Shown in pieces: positions 37,773 through 48,192 of a stretch of 64,000 nt of DNA. Where the stretch lies: assembly GCF_055900595.2 (NCBI RefSeq), contig NZ_CM148325.1. One strand, given 5' to 3'. The notes under the pieces were generated by a model. The model did no database searches and was not told where the DNA came from. It saw only the letters and a list, made by a program, of their open reading frames with translations. The translations under genes and the position numbers were made by a program. The first letter of the stretch is position 1, and each line of letters starts with the position of its first letter.

Positions 37773-38513
37773 ATGTCAGTTATTGGTCGCATTCACTCCT
37801 TTGAATCCTGTGGAACCGTAGACGGCCCGGGTATTCGCTTTATCACCTTTTTCCAGGGCTGCCTGATGCGCTGCCTGTATTGTCATAACCGCGACACCTG
37901 GGACACGCATGGCGGTAAAGAAGTTACCGTTGAAGATTTGATGAAGGAAGTGGTGACCTATCGCCACTTTATGAACGCTTCCGGCGGCGGCGTTACCGCA
38001 TCCGGCGGTGAAGCAATCCTGCAAGCTGAGTTTGTTCGTGACTGGTTCCGCGCCTGCAAAAAAGAAGGCATTCATACCTGTCTGGATACCAACGGTTTTG
38101 TTCGTCGTTACGATCCGGTGATTGATGAACTGCTGGAAGTAACCGACCTGGTAATGCTCGATCTCAAACAGATGAACGACGAGATCCACCAAAATCTGGT
38201 TGGAGTTTCCAACCACCGCACGCTGGAGTTTGCTAAATATCTGGCGAATAAAAATGTGAAGGTGTGGATCCGCTACGTTGTTGTCCCAGGCTGGTCTGAC
38301 GATGACGATTCAGCGCATCGCCTCGGTGAATTTACCCGTGATATGGGCAACGTTGAGAAAATCGAGCTTCTCCCCTACCACGAGCTGGGCAAACACAAAT
38401 GGGTGGCGATGGGTGAAGAATACAAACTTGATGGTGTTAAACCACCGAAGAAAGAGACCATGGAACGCGTGAAAGGCATTCTTGAGCAGTACGGTCATAA
38501 GGTAATGTTCTAA
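37773..38513 (+). CDS. pflA: pyruvate formate-lyase activating enzyme (radical SAM)
   Basis: Track ORF 37746..38513; start set at [39 protein letters not shown] (CxxxCxxC radical-SAM motif). Confidence 0.95.
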   Translation: MSVIGRIHSFESCGTVDGPGIRFITFFQGCLMRCLYCHNRDTWDTHGGKEVTVEDLMKEVVTYRHFMNASGGGVTASGGEAILQAEFVRDWFRACKKEGIHTCLDTNGFVRRYDPVIDELLEVTDLVMLDLKQMNDEIHQNLVGVSNHRTLEFAKYLANKNVKVWIRYVVVPGWSDDDDSAHRLGEFTRDMGNVEKIELLPYHELGKHKWVAMGEEYKLDGVKPPKKETMERVKGILEQYGHKVMF

Positions 38514-38523
38514 TTTCCCCGTA

Positions 38524-38555
38524 AAGCGGCAACTTTATTGAGTTGCCGCTTTGTT
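38524..38555 (+). terminator. rho-independent terminator after pflA
   Basis: AAGCGGCAACT-TTATT-GAGTTGCCGCTT hairpin followed by T-rich tail. Confidence 0.65.
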
Positions 38556-38594
38556 ATTCCGCGCTTCATTCTGCTACAGCGTTTTTAACACATC

Positions 38595-39185
38595 TTATAG
38601 TGCATCTACCATATCCCGTACCTGAGATAATAACGACTGATAATAGCTCGCGTGAAGTTCTTCCCCATCGAATACCACTGTATTACACAAGAAAGTGACA
38701 TCGGCATCTTCAATACCAAGATAACTGCACATATTTATCAAATAATCGCTTATATTTTTTTCCCAGCCCATCTGGACAAATGATTCTTTGTCTCCTCCAA
38801 CCAGCGCCACCCAACGAACTTTATTGAATGGTAATTTGTGCCCATCTCCATAAGCCAGCCCATTATTCCATACTCTGTCAATATATCCTTTTAGCATTGC
38901 TGGGAAGCTGTACCACCAGAGAGGAAAAACCACCACTAACGTGTCATGTTCAAGCAGCTCTGAATAAAGCTGATGAACCTCTGGAGAATAACGTTTATCC
39001 ATATTCTTCCAGTCTGGTTCATCTTCCGGCGTCATCACCGGGTTGAAATTACGCCGATATAAATCGAGTTCCGTCACCTGTATTTTCCGCTCCATTGCCC
39101 GCTGATGGATCGCATCAGCAATATGTGCGGTCAATGAATCATGACGAGGATGGGCCCATACCAAATAAATACGTTCAGACTGCAT
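38595..39185 (-). CDS. ycaK: flavodoxin-like NAD(P)H oxidoreductase family protein YcaK
   Basis: 196-aa ORF matching K-12 YcaK; synteny. Confidence 0.87.
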   Translation of the reverse strand: MQSERIYLVWAHPRHDSLTAHIADAIHQRAMERKIQVTELDLYRRNFNPVMTPEDEPDWKNMDKRYSPEVHQLYSELLEHDTLVVVFPLWWYSFPAMLKGYIDRVWNNGLAYGDGHKLPFNKVRWVALVGGDKESFVQMGWEKNISDYLINMCSYLGIEDADVTFLCNTVVFDGEELHASYYQSLLSQVRDMVDAL

Positions 39186-39284
39186 AATTTTACCTCCACG
39201 TTAAGTTCTGGAGCGCACTTTACGCAGGCGGCATCATCCTGTAAACGTGATGATTCAGGATGAGTTAATGAAGGATTTTCACTA

Positions 39285-40193
39285 ATGCGGATGAATATGT
39301 CTGACTTTGCCACTTTCTTTGCCGTGGCCCGTAATCAAAGCTTTCGTGCAGCAGGCGATGAGTTAGGCTTATCTTCGTCCGCCATTAGCCATAGTATTAA
39401 AACACTGGAACAACGTCTTAAAATTCGCTTATTCAATCGGACAACCCGAAGCGTATCGTTAACGGAAGCGGGTTCTAATCTCTATGAACGATTGCGCCCA
39501 GCTTTCGACGAAATCCAGATCATGTTAGATGAGATGAATGATTTTCGTCTGACACCGACAGGTACGCTCAAAATCAATGCCGCCCGGGTAGCTGCACGTA
39601 TATTTTTAATGCCTTTACTGGTTGGTTTCACACGTGAATATCCTGATATTAAAGTCGAGCTCACAACTGACGACTCTCTTGTTGATATCGTCCAGCAGGG
39701 CTTTGACGCTGGCGTTCGACTTAGTGGCATCGTCGAAAAAGATATGATCAGCGTGGCGATCGGCCCGCCAGTGAAATTATGTGTAGCAGCAACGCCAGAG
39801 TACTTTGCAAGATATGGCAAACCCCGCCATCCTCATGATCTGCTTAATCATCAATGTGTTGTTTTTCGTTATCCCAGCGGCAAACCTTTCCACTGGCAAT
39901 TTGCAAAGGAGCTGGAAATTGCTGTCGCAGGAAATATCATTCTGGATGATGTTGATGCTGAACTGGATGCCGTTTTGATGGGTGCTGGTATCGGGTATCT
40001 GCTCTATGAACAGATCAAGGAGTACCTTGATACCGGTCGTTTAGAATGTGTACTGGAAGACTGGATCACAGAGCGTCCAGGCTTCCAGATCTATTACCCA
40101 AACCGCCAGTATATGTCCTGCGGCTTGCGCGCATTTCTCGATTATGTAAAAACGGGTCAGATCTGCCAGAGTCAGCGTCACCGACCACAATAA
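39285..40193 (+). CDS. ycaN: LysR-family transcriptional regulator YcaN
   Basis: 302-aa ORF with N-terminal HTH (FRAAGDELGLSSSAISHSIKTLEQRL) and LysR substrate-binding domain. Confidence 0.88.
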   Translation: MRMNMSDFATFFAVARNQSFRAAGDELGLSSSAISHSIKTLEQRLKIRLFNRTTRSVSLTEAGSNLYERLRPAFDEIQIMLDEMNDFRLTPTGTLKINAARVAARIFLMPLLVGFTREYPDIKVELTTDDSLVDIVQQGFDAGVRLSGIVEKDMISVAIGPPVKLCVAATPEYFARYGKPRHPHDLLNHQCVVFRYPSGKPFHWQFAKELEIAVAGNIILDDVDAELDAVLMGAGIGYLLYEQIKEYLDTGRLECVLEDWITERPGFQIYYPNRQYMSCGLRAFLDYVKTGQICQSQRHRPQ

Positions 40194-41624
40194 TTATTTG
40201 CTATTCGCTTTACGCGCCAGCAGCGGGAATATCAGCCCTAATCCCACCAGCACAAACGGCGTTGCAACATTCAGCGCCAACTGGAATGTCCACTCTGCGG
40301 TGAAGGCTTCCATTTTCGGGAAAATACCAGTCAGGCAGGCAAAAGCGGTAAAGGCAAAACACCAAATTCCGACGGTCATTGCCAGCGGCTTATTACGAAT
40401 AAAGACATATTCCGGCTTATATTTCTGCGCCAGGCGAACAACTGCAATAAATGCAACAAATACCCATAAATAACGCAGCGGCATCACTACCGAGTTAAGA
40501 TTCAACAGCCATTTATAGAGATTGTTCATATCACCGATGCTGAGAGTCGGCAGCATAATCAGGATCGCCACCAGCACCAGGGTCAGAAAATAGCCATTAA
40601 CGGGCGTACCAGATGCGTTGGTACGACATAAACTGGCAGGAATATATTTGCTGTCAGCATCGCCTAATAATACTTTAAGCGGCGCATCAATCGAGAATAC
40701 CAGCGCAGCTACTTGACCCAGAGTATTCGCAATGGCGTAAATCACCATTAAAGTATTACCCATGCTGTAATACTCGCCCAGCTTCTGGAAGGCGTAATAC
40801 TGGCCGTTGGTCATTAAGTCATCGGGAATATTGCGGGAGTCAAACATCATCCCCATTGCAAGCGATCCAAGGATCGCGCACACCGCAACCATCACCGCCA
40901 GGCATAACATCCCTTTTGGAAATTCTTTTCCTGGGTTGCGCGTTTGATTAACGTAGGGAGAAATCTTCTCTGCTCCACCAACCGCAAAGACCAGCATTGA
41001 AATAGTGGTAATGTAGGTAAAGTCGATATGAGGAATAAACGTTTCCCAGGTAATGTTTGTGGTCGCAATATGCACTTCAGTAATCGCAGGCGCGGTTACC
41101 GCCATCGCCACATACAGGAGCGACATAACAAACATCGCAATCCCTGCCACAGAACCGACGATTTTCAGCGATTTCATACCGCGTGAAGCAACCCACATAA
41201 AGAAGACAAACAGCACCAGCGTTAACCCCTGTAACGCTACGACGGAATATTCTTTGATTAACGAACCGTCGCCTTTCATCGCCCAACCGAGCGCAATCAG
41301 TATTGCCTGGGGTTTTTGTGCCAGATAGGGAATATGCACTACCCAGTAGGTCCACGCGGCGAGGTAAGCCAGTCCGGGTCCCATCGTGTGTTTAATCCAG
41401 GTACTGACCCCGCCCTTCCCATCTTTGAAGGTCGAGCCTAACTGACCAACAATTAGCGCATAAGGTGTGAAATAGAGCGCAAAGATAAACACCCATGAAA
41501 AAACAACCACCAGCCCCTGGTTGGCGTAGTTATTAACAACGTTGCCAAAACCCCAGACAGTGATAAAAGACATCAGCGCAATGTTGTACCATCGCAGCTG
41601 TTTTTCCTGAACATTCCCAGCCAT
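40194..41624 (-). CDS. ycaM: APC-family amino acid/polyamine transporter YcaM
   Basis: Track ORF 40194..41816; start set at MAGNVQEKQLRWYNIALMSFITVWGF.. (K-12 N-terminus, 476 aa); polytopic membrane protein. Confidence 0.87.
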   Translation of the reverse strand: MAGNVQEKQLRWYNIALMSFITVWGFGNVVNNYANQGLVVVFSWVFIFALYFTPYALIVGQLGSTFKDGKGGVSTWIKHTMGPGLAYLAAWTYWVVHIPYLAQKPQAILIALGWAMKGDGSLIKEYSVVALQGLTLVLFVFFMWVASRGMKSLKIVGSVAGIAMFVMSLLYVAMAVTAPAITEVHIATTNITWETFIPHIDFTYITTISMLVFAVGGAEKISPYVNQTRNPGKEFPKGMLCLAVMVAVCAILGSLAMGMMFDSRNIPDDLMTNGQYYAFQKLGEYYSMGNTLMVIYAIANTLGQVAALVFSIDAPLKVLLGDADSKYIPASLCRTNASGTPVNGYFLTLVLVAILIMLPTLSIGDMNNLYKWLLNLNSVVMPLRYLWVFVAFIAVVRLAQKYKPEYVFIRNKPLAMTVGIWCFAFTAFACLTGIFPKMEAFTAEWTFQLALNVATPFVLVGLGLIFPLLARKANSK

Positions 41625-41833
41625 AGACAAATCCTTCGCCAAAATTAAAGGGGCATCTGTAAAACGAGGGATTATGCGCGGCAAATAAGAAGTGCGGAAA
41701 TAGCGAAATGCAAAATTATAACCTGCTGCACATTTTATTTTGAAACGAATAAAATTTTGAAAAAAGCAAGTCAGAGAGAAGAAACAAAAAAGCAGAGTGT
41801 GAAACAGTAAGTTCACACTCTGCGTTAATTCAT

Positions 41834-42982
41834 TTACACGTGAGCAACGGGTTTCGGCGTATGACCGGCGTTGCGAAGCAGCATCAGCAAATAGATAAAC
41901 GATACGCTGGCGATCATGATAAACAATAAATTATCGGAGAAATTCTGCATTAGCATGGCAGTAAATGACGGGCCAAGCAGACTTCCCACAGTATAGCTCA
42001 ACAGTAAGGCCTGGTTCATCGCCACCAGTTGATGATGTTCAACTTTCTCGCAAGCCCATGCCATCGCCACCGGATATAGCGTAAAGCCAGCGGCACCGAG
42101 GATGAATAACGCTGGGGCCATCGCCGCCTGGCTAAGCATCGCGATACTGCCGAGAATGACGACAAAGACCTGGACACGCAACACCAGCAGTCGACCAAAC
42201 TTATCCGCCAGACGTCCAATCGGCCATTGTCCAAGGATACCCGCACTGACCAGTACCGCCATCCAGAAACCAATGCTGGCATTGCTCACCCCTTTGTGAT
42301 TGAGGTACAGCGGCATCAGGCCATATAGAGATCCCAGAACGATTCCTGAGATAATGCAGCCATTCACGCCAAGCCGCGCCTGACGGAGTTTTAGCATGGA
42401 CGTAATTGACGTCGAATCATGGTTTTCAGCCTGCTGATTCAGCACACGCGTAAACAACAGCGGTAAGATCCCTGCCAACGTCAAACCTGTAACCCACGGC
42501 AATACGGACATCAGCTCGGTTGAAACTTTGCTGACCAGTAACTGGCCTAAAAACGTTCCCACGTAATAAACCATCATATACGCAGCAAGCAAACGCCCAC
42601 GGTTACGTGACGTCCCACTGCACATCAGCGCGCTCTCAACAACCACCCAAATCATGGCACAGCCGACGCCGGCGACAAAACGCCACGCCAACCAGCTCCA
42701 GAATCCAATCATCAGGCCAAGGCCGGCACAGCCAGCGGCAAAAATGAAGGAGGCCAGATAATAGCTGCGGTTAAAGCCAATGCGCTTAATGACATACCCT
42801 GTCAGCAATGTACCGACCAGGTTGCCGGTAAAATAGGATGAGCTGACAACGCCTACCTGCCATGTGGACATATGTTCCTGGGCGAGCCAAAGCGGCACGA
42901 GTGTATTTAACACTGCGATCGCCAAAGTCAACAAAAGCAGGCCAGACAGCAAAAGCATGACAGGCCGGGTATACGTGGACAT
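41834..42982 (-). CDS. ycaD: MFS transporter YcaD
   Basis: 382-aa 12-TM-like ORF matching K-12 YcaD. Confidence 0.9.
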   Translation of the reverse strand: MSTYTRPVMLLLSGLLLLTLAIAVLNTLVPLWLAQEHMSTWQVGVVSSSYFTGNLVGTLLTGYVIKRIGFNRSYYLASFIFAAGCAGLGLMIGFWSWLAWRFVAGVGCAMIWVVVESALMCSGTSRNRGRLLAAYMMVYYVGTFLGQLLVSKVSTELMSVLPWVTGLTLAGILPLLFTRVLNQQAENHDSTSITSMLKLRQARLGVNGCIISGIVLGSLYGLMPLYLNHKGVSNASIGFWMAVLVSAGILGQWPIGRLADKFGRLLVLRVQVFVVILGSIAMLSQAAMAPALFILGAAGFTLYPVAMAWACEKVEHHQLVAMNQALLLSYTVGSLLGPSFTAMLMQNFSDNLLFIMIASVSFIYLLMLLRNAGHTPKPVAHV

Positions 42983-43296
42983 GAATTAAAACCGTGAGGA
43001 AGTTCAAATTTCATGCGCATCATGCCACCGCCAAAAACATTGTCAATGGGTGAAAATACGCGCATATCGCAGCTGAGGTATTATCGATTTATATTACTCA
43101 TTCATAACGCTAATGCTGGAGAGACGATTAATCTCATCTGATTGTTTTTATTGATCTAACACAAATTTCATACGCTTCGTTCAGTCGAAAAATTTCATGG
43201 TCACAGCAAACTCATATTTCCCGTCTATGCTTTCAGAGCAATGCATCGCGTCTGACCGATTTCAGACGTACCGCTGACTCTCGAAAGGAGAAGAGG

Positions 43297-43923
43297 ATGA
43301 CCAAACCGTATGTTCGTCTCGATAAAAATGATGCTGCCGTTTTGCTTGTTGATCACCAGGCTGGTTTACTTTCCCTTGTACGGGATATTGAACCCGATAA
43401 GTTTAAAAATAACGTGCTGGCGCTGGGCGACTTAGCTAAATACTTCAACTTACCAACAATTCTTACTACCAGTTTTGAAACCGGCCCTAACGGCCCATTA
43501 GTTCCGGAACTGAAAGCACAGTTCCCTGATGCACCTTACATTGCTCGCCCGGGAAATATTAACGCCTGGGATAACGAAGATTTTGTGAAAGCGGTAAAAG
43601 CGACAGGTAAAAAACAATTGATTATCGCTGGTGTGGTAACCGAAGTTTGCGTTGCGTTCCCGGCACTTTCGGCAATTGAAGAAGGGTTTGATGTCTTTGT
43701 CGTGACTGACGCGTCAGGAACCTTTAACGAAATTACCCGGCACTCGGCGTGGGATCGAATGTCGCAAGCGGGTGCGCAATTGATGACATGGTTCGGCGTG
43801 GCGTGCGAGCTGCATCGCGACTGGCGTAATGATATTGAAGGACTGGCGACGTTGTTCTCTAACCATATTCCTGATTATCGTAATTTGATGACCAGTTATG
43901 ACACGTTAACGAAGCAGAAATAA
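43297..43923 (+). CDS. ycaC: isochorismatase-family hydrolase YcaC
   Basis: 208-aa ORF MTKPYVRLDKNDAAVLLVDHQAGLLSLVRDIEPDKFKNNVLALG..; matches YcaC. Confidence 0.92.
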   Translation: MTKPYVRLDKNDAAVLLVDHQAGLLSLVRDIEPDKFKNNVLALGDLAKYFNLPTILTTSFETGPNGPLVPELKAQFPDAPYIARPGNINAWDNEDFVKAVKATGKKQLIIAGVVTEVCVAFPALSAIEEGFDVFVVTDASGTFNEITRHSAWDRMSQAGAQLMTWFGVACELHRDWRNDIEGLATLFSNHIPDYRNLMTSYDTLTKQK

Positions 43924-43928
43924 AAGAG

Positions 43929-43950
43929 AACCGGGGCCGAAACCCCGGTT
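43929..43950. terminator. bidirectional terminator hairpin between ycaC and dmsC
   Basis: AACCGGGGCC-GAAA-CCCCGGTT perfect hairpin between convergent genes. Confidence 0.6.
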
Positions 43951-43958
43951 GTTACTCA

Positions 43959-44822
43959 TTAACTTGCGACGGCCATCCCCACGGTCATATGCAAACCATA
44001 GAATACGCCACGACCGATTAATTCCCCTGCCAGAAGCAGAATGAATGATACGGAAAGTAGCGGAACCGCAGGCTGATAACCTTTTAGCTGTGGTGCAATC
44101 CACAAGCACAGGGCAACAGCCAAAAGCACGATCCGCCAGGACATCAGCGCACCATAGTCCGGCACCAGCGCTGCGGCCTGCTGCACAGAGCTATGAATAG
44201 TCGCCAGCTCTGCGCCCTGCATCACTGACACCTCGCCACTCACTACCAGGGCCAGTACAGAAATAGCTGGCAGCAGACGCATCGCCCAGCCATCGACGCC
44301 AGCCAGACTCAGTAACAGGTAACCCAGTAACGGGCCGCCCATGAACATCGTCAGGAAGAAGCCCATCGGTGTCCAGATGCTGTACCAGGTGGGTACGGTA
44401 TCGATGCTGTTATAGACACGCACCATCATCCAGACAAAGACTACGCCAAGAACCATCGTCACCACCAGCCACAGCGTACGCAATGCCGGTGACAGCTTTT
44501 TCAGCATTGCCAGTAACCAGCCGATGCCACCAACAGCAAAAAAGATCGAACCGCTGGCGATTTCGTTACTGAGTGCTGAAGCCCCTACCCGGTTGAGCGA
44601 GTTAAAGGCGCGCATCGGTGAACCAAGATGAAGCATAGAGGCGATAAAGCCAATACCCATCAGCACCCATAAGCCAAACATGCAGGCAATAACACGCTGC
44701 TGGGCTTCTGCTCGCAGGTCGCCTTTGAGCAGCGCCAAAGCCAGAACGATAAAACCACCTGCTACACATTGCCCGAAGACCGTGAAGATCATCAGCGGCC
44801 ATTCATGCCATCCACTTCCCAT
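43959..44822 (-). CDS. dmsC: DMSO reductase membrane anchor subunit
   Basis: Track ORF 43959..44885; start set at MGSGWHEWPLMIFTVFGQCVAGGF.. (K-12 N-terminus, 287 aa). Confidence 0.93.
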   Translation of the reverse strand: MGSGWHEWPLMIFTVFGQCVAGGFIVLALALLKGDLRAEAQQRVIACMFGLWVLMGIGFIASMLHLGSPMRAFNSLNRVGASALSNEIASGSIFFAVGGIGWLLAMLKKLSPALRTLWLVVTMVLGVVFVWMMVRVYNSIDTVPTWYSIWTPMGFFLTMFMGGPLLGYLLLSLAGVDGWAMRLLPAISVLALVVSGEVSVMQGAELATIHSSVQQAAALVPDYGALMSWRIVLLAVALCLWIAPQLKGYQPAVPLLSVSFILLLAGELIGRGVFYGLHMTVGMAVAS

Positions 44823-44823
44823 C

Positions 44824-45441
44824 TCACACCTCCTTCGGGTTTGCCAGATAGCCAGTGGTATCCCCGGTCGGGCGGCTGTTGGCATTGGGTTTGATCACAA
44901 TATTCGGTTTGGTAAAGTGAGCTCGCGGCAACGGCGCAACAGCCGCCAAATCGCCATGTTTTTTACGCAGCTCGTCGATAGGGCCGAAATCCAGCGCCCG
45001 CAGCGGGCAAGATTCAACACAGATCGGCTTCTTCCCCTCCGCAACACGGTCATAACAACCATCGCATTTGGTCATATGGCCTTTCGTTTCGTTATATTGC
45101 GGTGCGCCATACGGGCAAGCCATATGGCAGTAACGGCAGCCAATGCATACATCTTCATCGACCACAACAAAACCATCTTCACGTTTATGCATCGCACCGC
45201 TCGGGCAGACTTTAGTACAAGCCGGATCTTCGCAGTGGTTACATGAAATCGACAGATAGTAGGCAAACACGTTCTGGTGCCAGACACCGTTATCTTCCTG
45301 CCAGTCGCCGCCAGCATATTCATAAATGCGGCGGAAACTGACTTCTGGCGTCAAATCTTTGTAGTCTTTACAAGCCAGCTCGCAGGTTTTGCAACCGGTG
45401 CAACGGCTGGAATCAATAAAAAATCCATACTGGGTTGTCAT
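44824..45441 (-). CDS. dmsB: DMSO reductase iron-sulfur subunit
   Basis: 205-aa ORF with four Cys clusters (CxxCxxCxxxCP); matches DmsB. Confidence 0.96.
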   Translation of the reverse strand: MTTQYGFFIDSSRCTGCKTCELACKDYKDLTPEVSFRRIYEYAGGDWQEDNGVWHQNVFAYYLSISCNHCEDPACTKVCPSGAMHKREDGFVVVDEDVCIGCRYCHMACPYGAPQYNETKGHMTKCDGCYDRVAEGKKPICVESCPLRALDFGPIDELRKKHGDLAAVAPLPRAHFTKPNIVIKPNANSRPTGDTTGYLANPKEV

Positions 45442-45451
45442 CGGTTACTCC

Positions 45452-47896
45452 TTACACCTTTTCAACCTGAACAAGGTTTGTATGTGACGGATTCCCCTTA
45501 GCGAGAGGAGACGGACGTTGAGTGGTCAGTACGTTGATACAACCGCCCTTATCGACACGTTTTGCATCCGGGTCATACCAGGCACCTTCACCCAGTGCGA
45601 CCACACCCGGCATCATTCGTGGCGTCACTTTCGCCTCAATATGAACCTCACCACGATCGTTAAAGATCCTGACTTTATCGCCGTTGTTGATACCGCGTTT
45701 TTGCGCATCAAGCGGGTTGATCCACATTTCCTGACGGCAAGCCGCTTTCAGCACATCAACGTTGCCGTAAGTTGAGTGAACGCGAGATTTATAGTGGAAA
45801 CCCGTAAGCTGCAGCGGATATTGTTTGTTCAGCGGATCCTGATAACTTTCAAAGCCCGGCGTGTAGATCGGCAGTGGATCGATCACATCGCCTTCTGGCA
45901 ATTCCCAGGTAGCGGCAATGTCAGCAAGCGCCTGCGAATAAATCTCAATTTTACCCGATGGCGTGGTCAGTGGATTTGCCTGCGGATCTTCACGGAAGGC
46001 TTTATAAGCAACGTGATGCCCTTGTGGGTCGCGCTTTTTAAAGATCCCCTGCTTGCGGAACTCTTCAAACGTTGGCAGTTCAGGAATCGCTTCCCGCGAC
46101 TGGGCATACAGATGCCGCATCCACTCTTCCTGTGTACGGCCTTCAGTAAACTGTTGCTCAACGCCAAGACGTTTTGCCAGTTCGCTGGTCATTTCATAGA
46201 TGGTCTTACATTCAAAGCGCGGTTTAATCACCTGATCGTTGAAAATCACGTAAGACATATTCCCGCAGGATGCATCCAGTGCAAAGTCCATCTGTTCGGA
46301 AGCGGTGCAGTCAGGCAGCAGGATGTCAGCATATTTCGCCGATGAAGTCATGTGGCAGTCGATAACCACAATCAGCTCGCACTTCTTATCATCCTGAAGG
46401 ATTTCATGGGTACGGTTGATTTCAGAATGCTGGTTAATCAGGCAGTTACCGGCATAGTTCCAGATCATTTTGATCGGCACATCCAGCTTATCTTTCCCGC
46501 GCACACCATCACGCAGCGCTGTCATTTCCGGGCCTCGTTCAATGGCATCGGTCCACATAAACATCGAAATGCTGGTCTGGATCGGGTTTTCGAGGGTCGG
46601 CATACGGACAAAAGGTAAGCTGTATGAACCTTCACGCGCGCCGCTGTTGCCCCCGTTAATACCAACGTTACCGGTCAGAATCGCCAGCATCGAGATAGCA
46701 CGGGTTGCGATTTCACCGTTAGCGTGACGCTGCGGGCCCCATCCCTGGCTGATAAACGCCGGTTTGGTACTACCGATTTCACGAGCCAATTTGATGATTT
46801 TGTCTGCCGGAACACCGGTGATTTGCGAGGCCCATTCCGGCGTTTTAGCCACGCCATCTGGCCCTTCACCCAGAATATAAGCTTTATAGTGACCATTTTT
46901 CGGCGCACTGGCTGGCAGTGTTTTCTCGTCGTAGCCAACGCAATATTTATCGAGGAATGCCTGATCCACCAGGTTTTCGGTGATCATGACATACGCCAGA
47001 CCGTTAACCAGTGCGGCATCTGTTCCCGGACGAATAGGGATCCACTCATCTTCGCGCCCGGCACCGGTGTCAGTATAGCGCGGATCGATGATGATCATGC
47101 GAGCATTAGATTTCTGGCGCGCCTGTTCAAGATAGTAAGTCACCCCACCGCCACTCATTCGCGTTTCGCCAGGGTTATTACCAAACAGCACTACCAGTTT
47201 ACTGTTTTCGATATCCGACGGGCTGTTACCATCTGCCCAGCCGCCGTAGGTATAGTTCAAACCTTCCGCAATTTGCGCGGAAGAGTAGTCACCGTAATGG
47301 TTCAGATAACCGCCGCAGCAGTTCATCAGGCGAGCGACCAGGGTATTTCCCGGCGGCCAGGAGCGGGTCATGGTGCCGCCCAGCGTACCGGTACCATAGT
47401 TCAGATAGATAGACTCGTTGCCGTACTCTTTGATCAGGCGCTGCATATTGGTCGCGATGATGTCGTAGGCTTCTTCCCAGCTAATGCGCTCGAATTTGCC
47501 TTCACCGCGCGCCCCGACTCGTTTCATCGGATATTTCAGGCGGTCCGGATTGTAGACACGGCGACGCATGGAACGCCCACGCAGACAGGCGCGCACCTGG
47601 TGCAGGCCGTCATAGTTGTCATCGCCGGTATTATCCGTTTCAACATATTTAATTTCACCGTCCACAACGTGCATACGTAGCGGGCAGCGGCTACCACAGT
47701 TAACTGTACAGGCGCTCCAGATTACCTTTTCGTCTGACTTTGCCGGAAGGGCACTATCAACAGCGTGCGCAATCCGACTAAAAGGTAATGTTAATGCGCT
47801 GCTGGCCATTGCCAGGCCGCCGATCGCTGTCGTTTTTACCAAACCACGGCGACTCACCTCAGCAGCCAATACCGCATCAGGGATTTTCGTTTTCAT
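45452..47896 (-). CDS. dmsA: DMSO reductase catalytic subunit (molybdopterin; Tat leader)
   Basis: 814-aa ORF MKTKIPDAVLAAEVSRRGLVKTTAIGGLAMASSALTLPF.. with twin-arginine leader; matches DmsA. Confidence 0.97.
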   Translation of the reverse strand: MKTKIPDAVLAAEVSRRGLVKTTAIGGLAMASSALTLPFSRIAHAVDSALPAKSDEKVIWSACTVNCGSRCPLRMHVVDGEIKYVETDNTGDDNYDGLHQVRACLRGRSMRRRVYNPDRLKYPMKRVGARGEGKFERISWEEAYDIIATNMQRLIKEYGNESIYLNYGTGTLGGTMTRSWPPGNTLVARLMNCCGGYLNHYGDYSSAQIAEGLNYTYGGWADGNSPSDIENSKLVVLFGNNPGETRMSGGGVTYYLEQARQKSNARMIIIDPRYTDTGAGREDEWIPIRPGTDAALVNGLAYVMITENLVDQAFLDKYCVGYDEKTLPASAPKNGHYKAYILGEGPDGVAKTPEWASQITGVPADKIIKLAREIGSTKPAFISQGWGPQRHANGEIATRAISMLAILTGNVGINGGNSGAREGSYSLPFVRMPTLENPIQTSISMFMWTDAIERGPEMTALRDGVRGKDKLDVPIKMIWNYAGNCLINQHSEINRTHEILQDDKKCELIVVIDCHMTSSAKYADILLPDCTASEQMDFALDASCGNMSYVIFNDQVIKPRFECKTIYEMTSELAKRLGVEQQFTEGRTQEEWMRHLYAQSREAIPELPTFEEFRKQGIFKKRDPQGHHVAYKAFREDPQANPLTTPSGKIEIYSQALADIAATWELPEGDVIDPLPIYTPGFESYQDPLNKQYPLQLTGFHYKSRVHSTYGNVDVLKAACRQEMWINPLDAQKRGINNGDKVRIFNDRGEVHIEAKVTPRMMPGVVALGEGAWYDPDAKRVDKGGCINVLTTQRPSPLAKGNPSHTNLVQVEKV

Positions 47897-48066
47897 AATG
47901 GCTCACTCAAGCTTGCTCACGATTGATTCCAGTAACAAACCGTATTGTGTAATTATTTCTATAGCAGGTCGCTATATAGGCTTGTATATATCGAATAATT
48001 TGAAAATCAAAGAGATATGTAGATTTTCACTCGAAAGTAGTATTACGTGTAAGTGAGGAGTAATTA

Positions 48067-48080
48067 TTGTTCGGTATCAA
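48067..48080 (-). promoter_or_regulatory. FNR box of the dmsA promoter
   Basis: Minus-strand TTGATACCGAACAA (TTGAT-N4-ATCAA-like) about 170 bp upstream of the dmsA start. Confidence 0.55.
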
Positions 48081-48192
48081 AGGGAGACAAAAAAAGCGCC
48101 CGCAGGAGATTTAACGGTACTTACTCCTCTTGCTGATTTCCTTATTTTTCAATAAGTAAACAAAAACAAGGGGAGCAAATTATCACAAATAA

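Noticed and set aside
48082-48192. tRNA gene as the prophage attachment site
   Set aside because: Many integrases target tRNA 3' ends, but I could not recognise any tRNA-like sequence (no GTTCGAATC-type T-arm, no CCA-adjacent acceptor pairing) in the 110 bp between the dmsA promoter and int; the site appears to be a non-tRNA locus.
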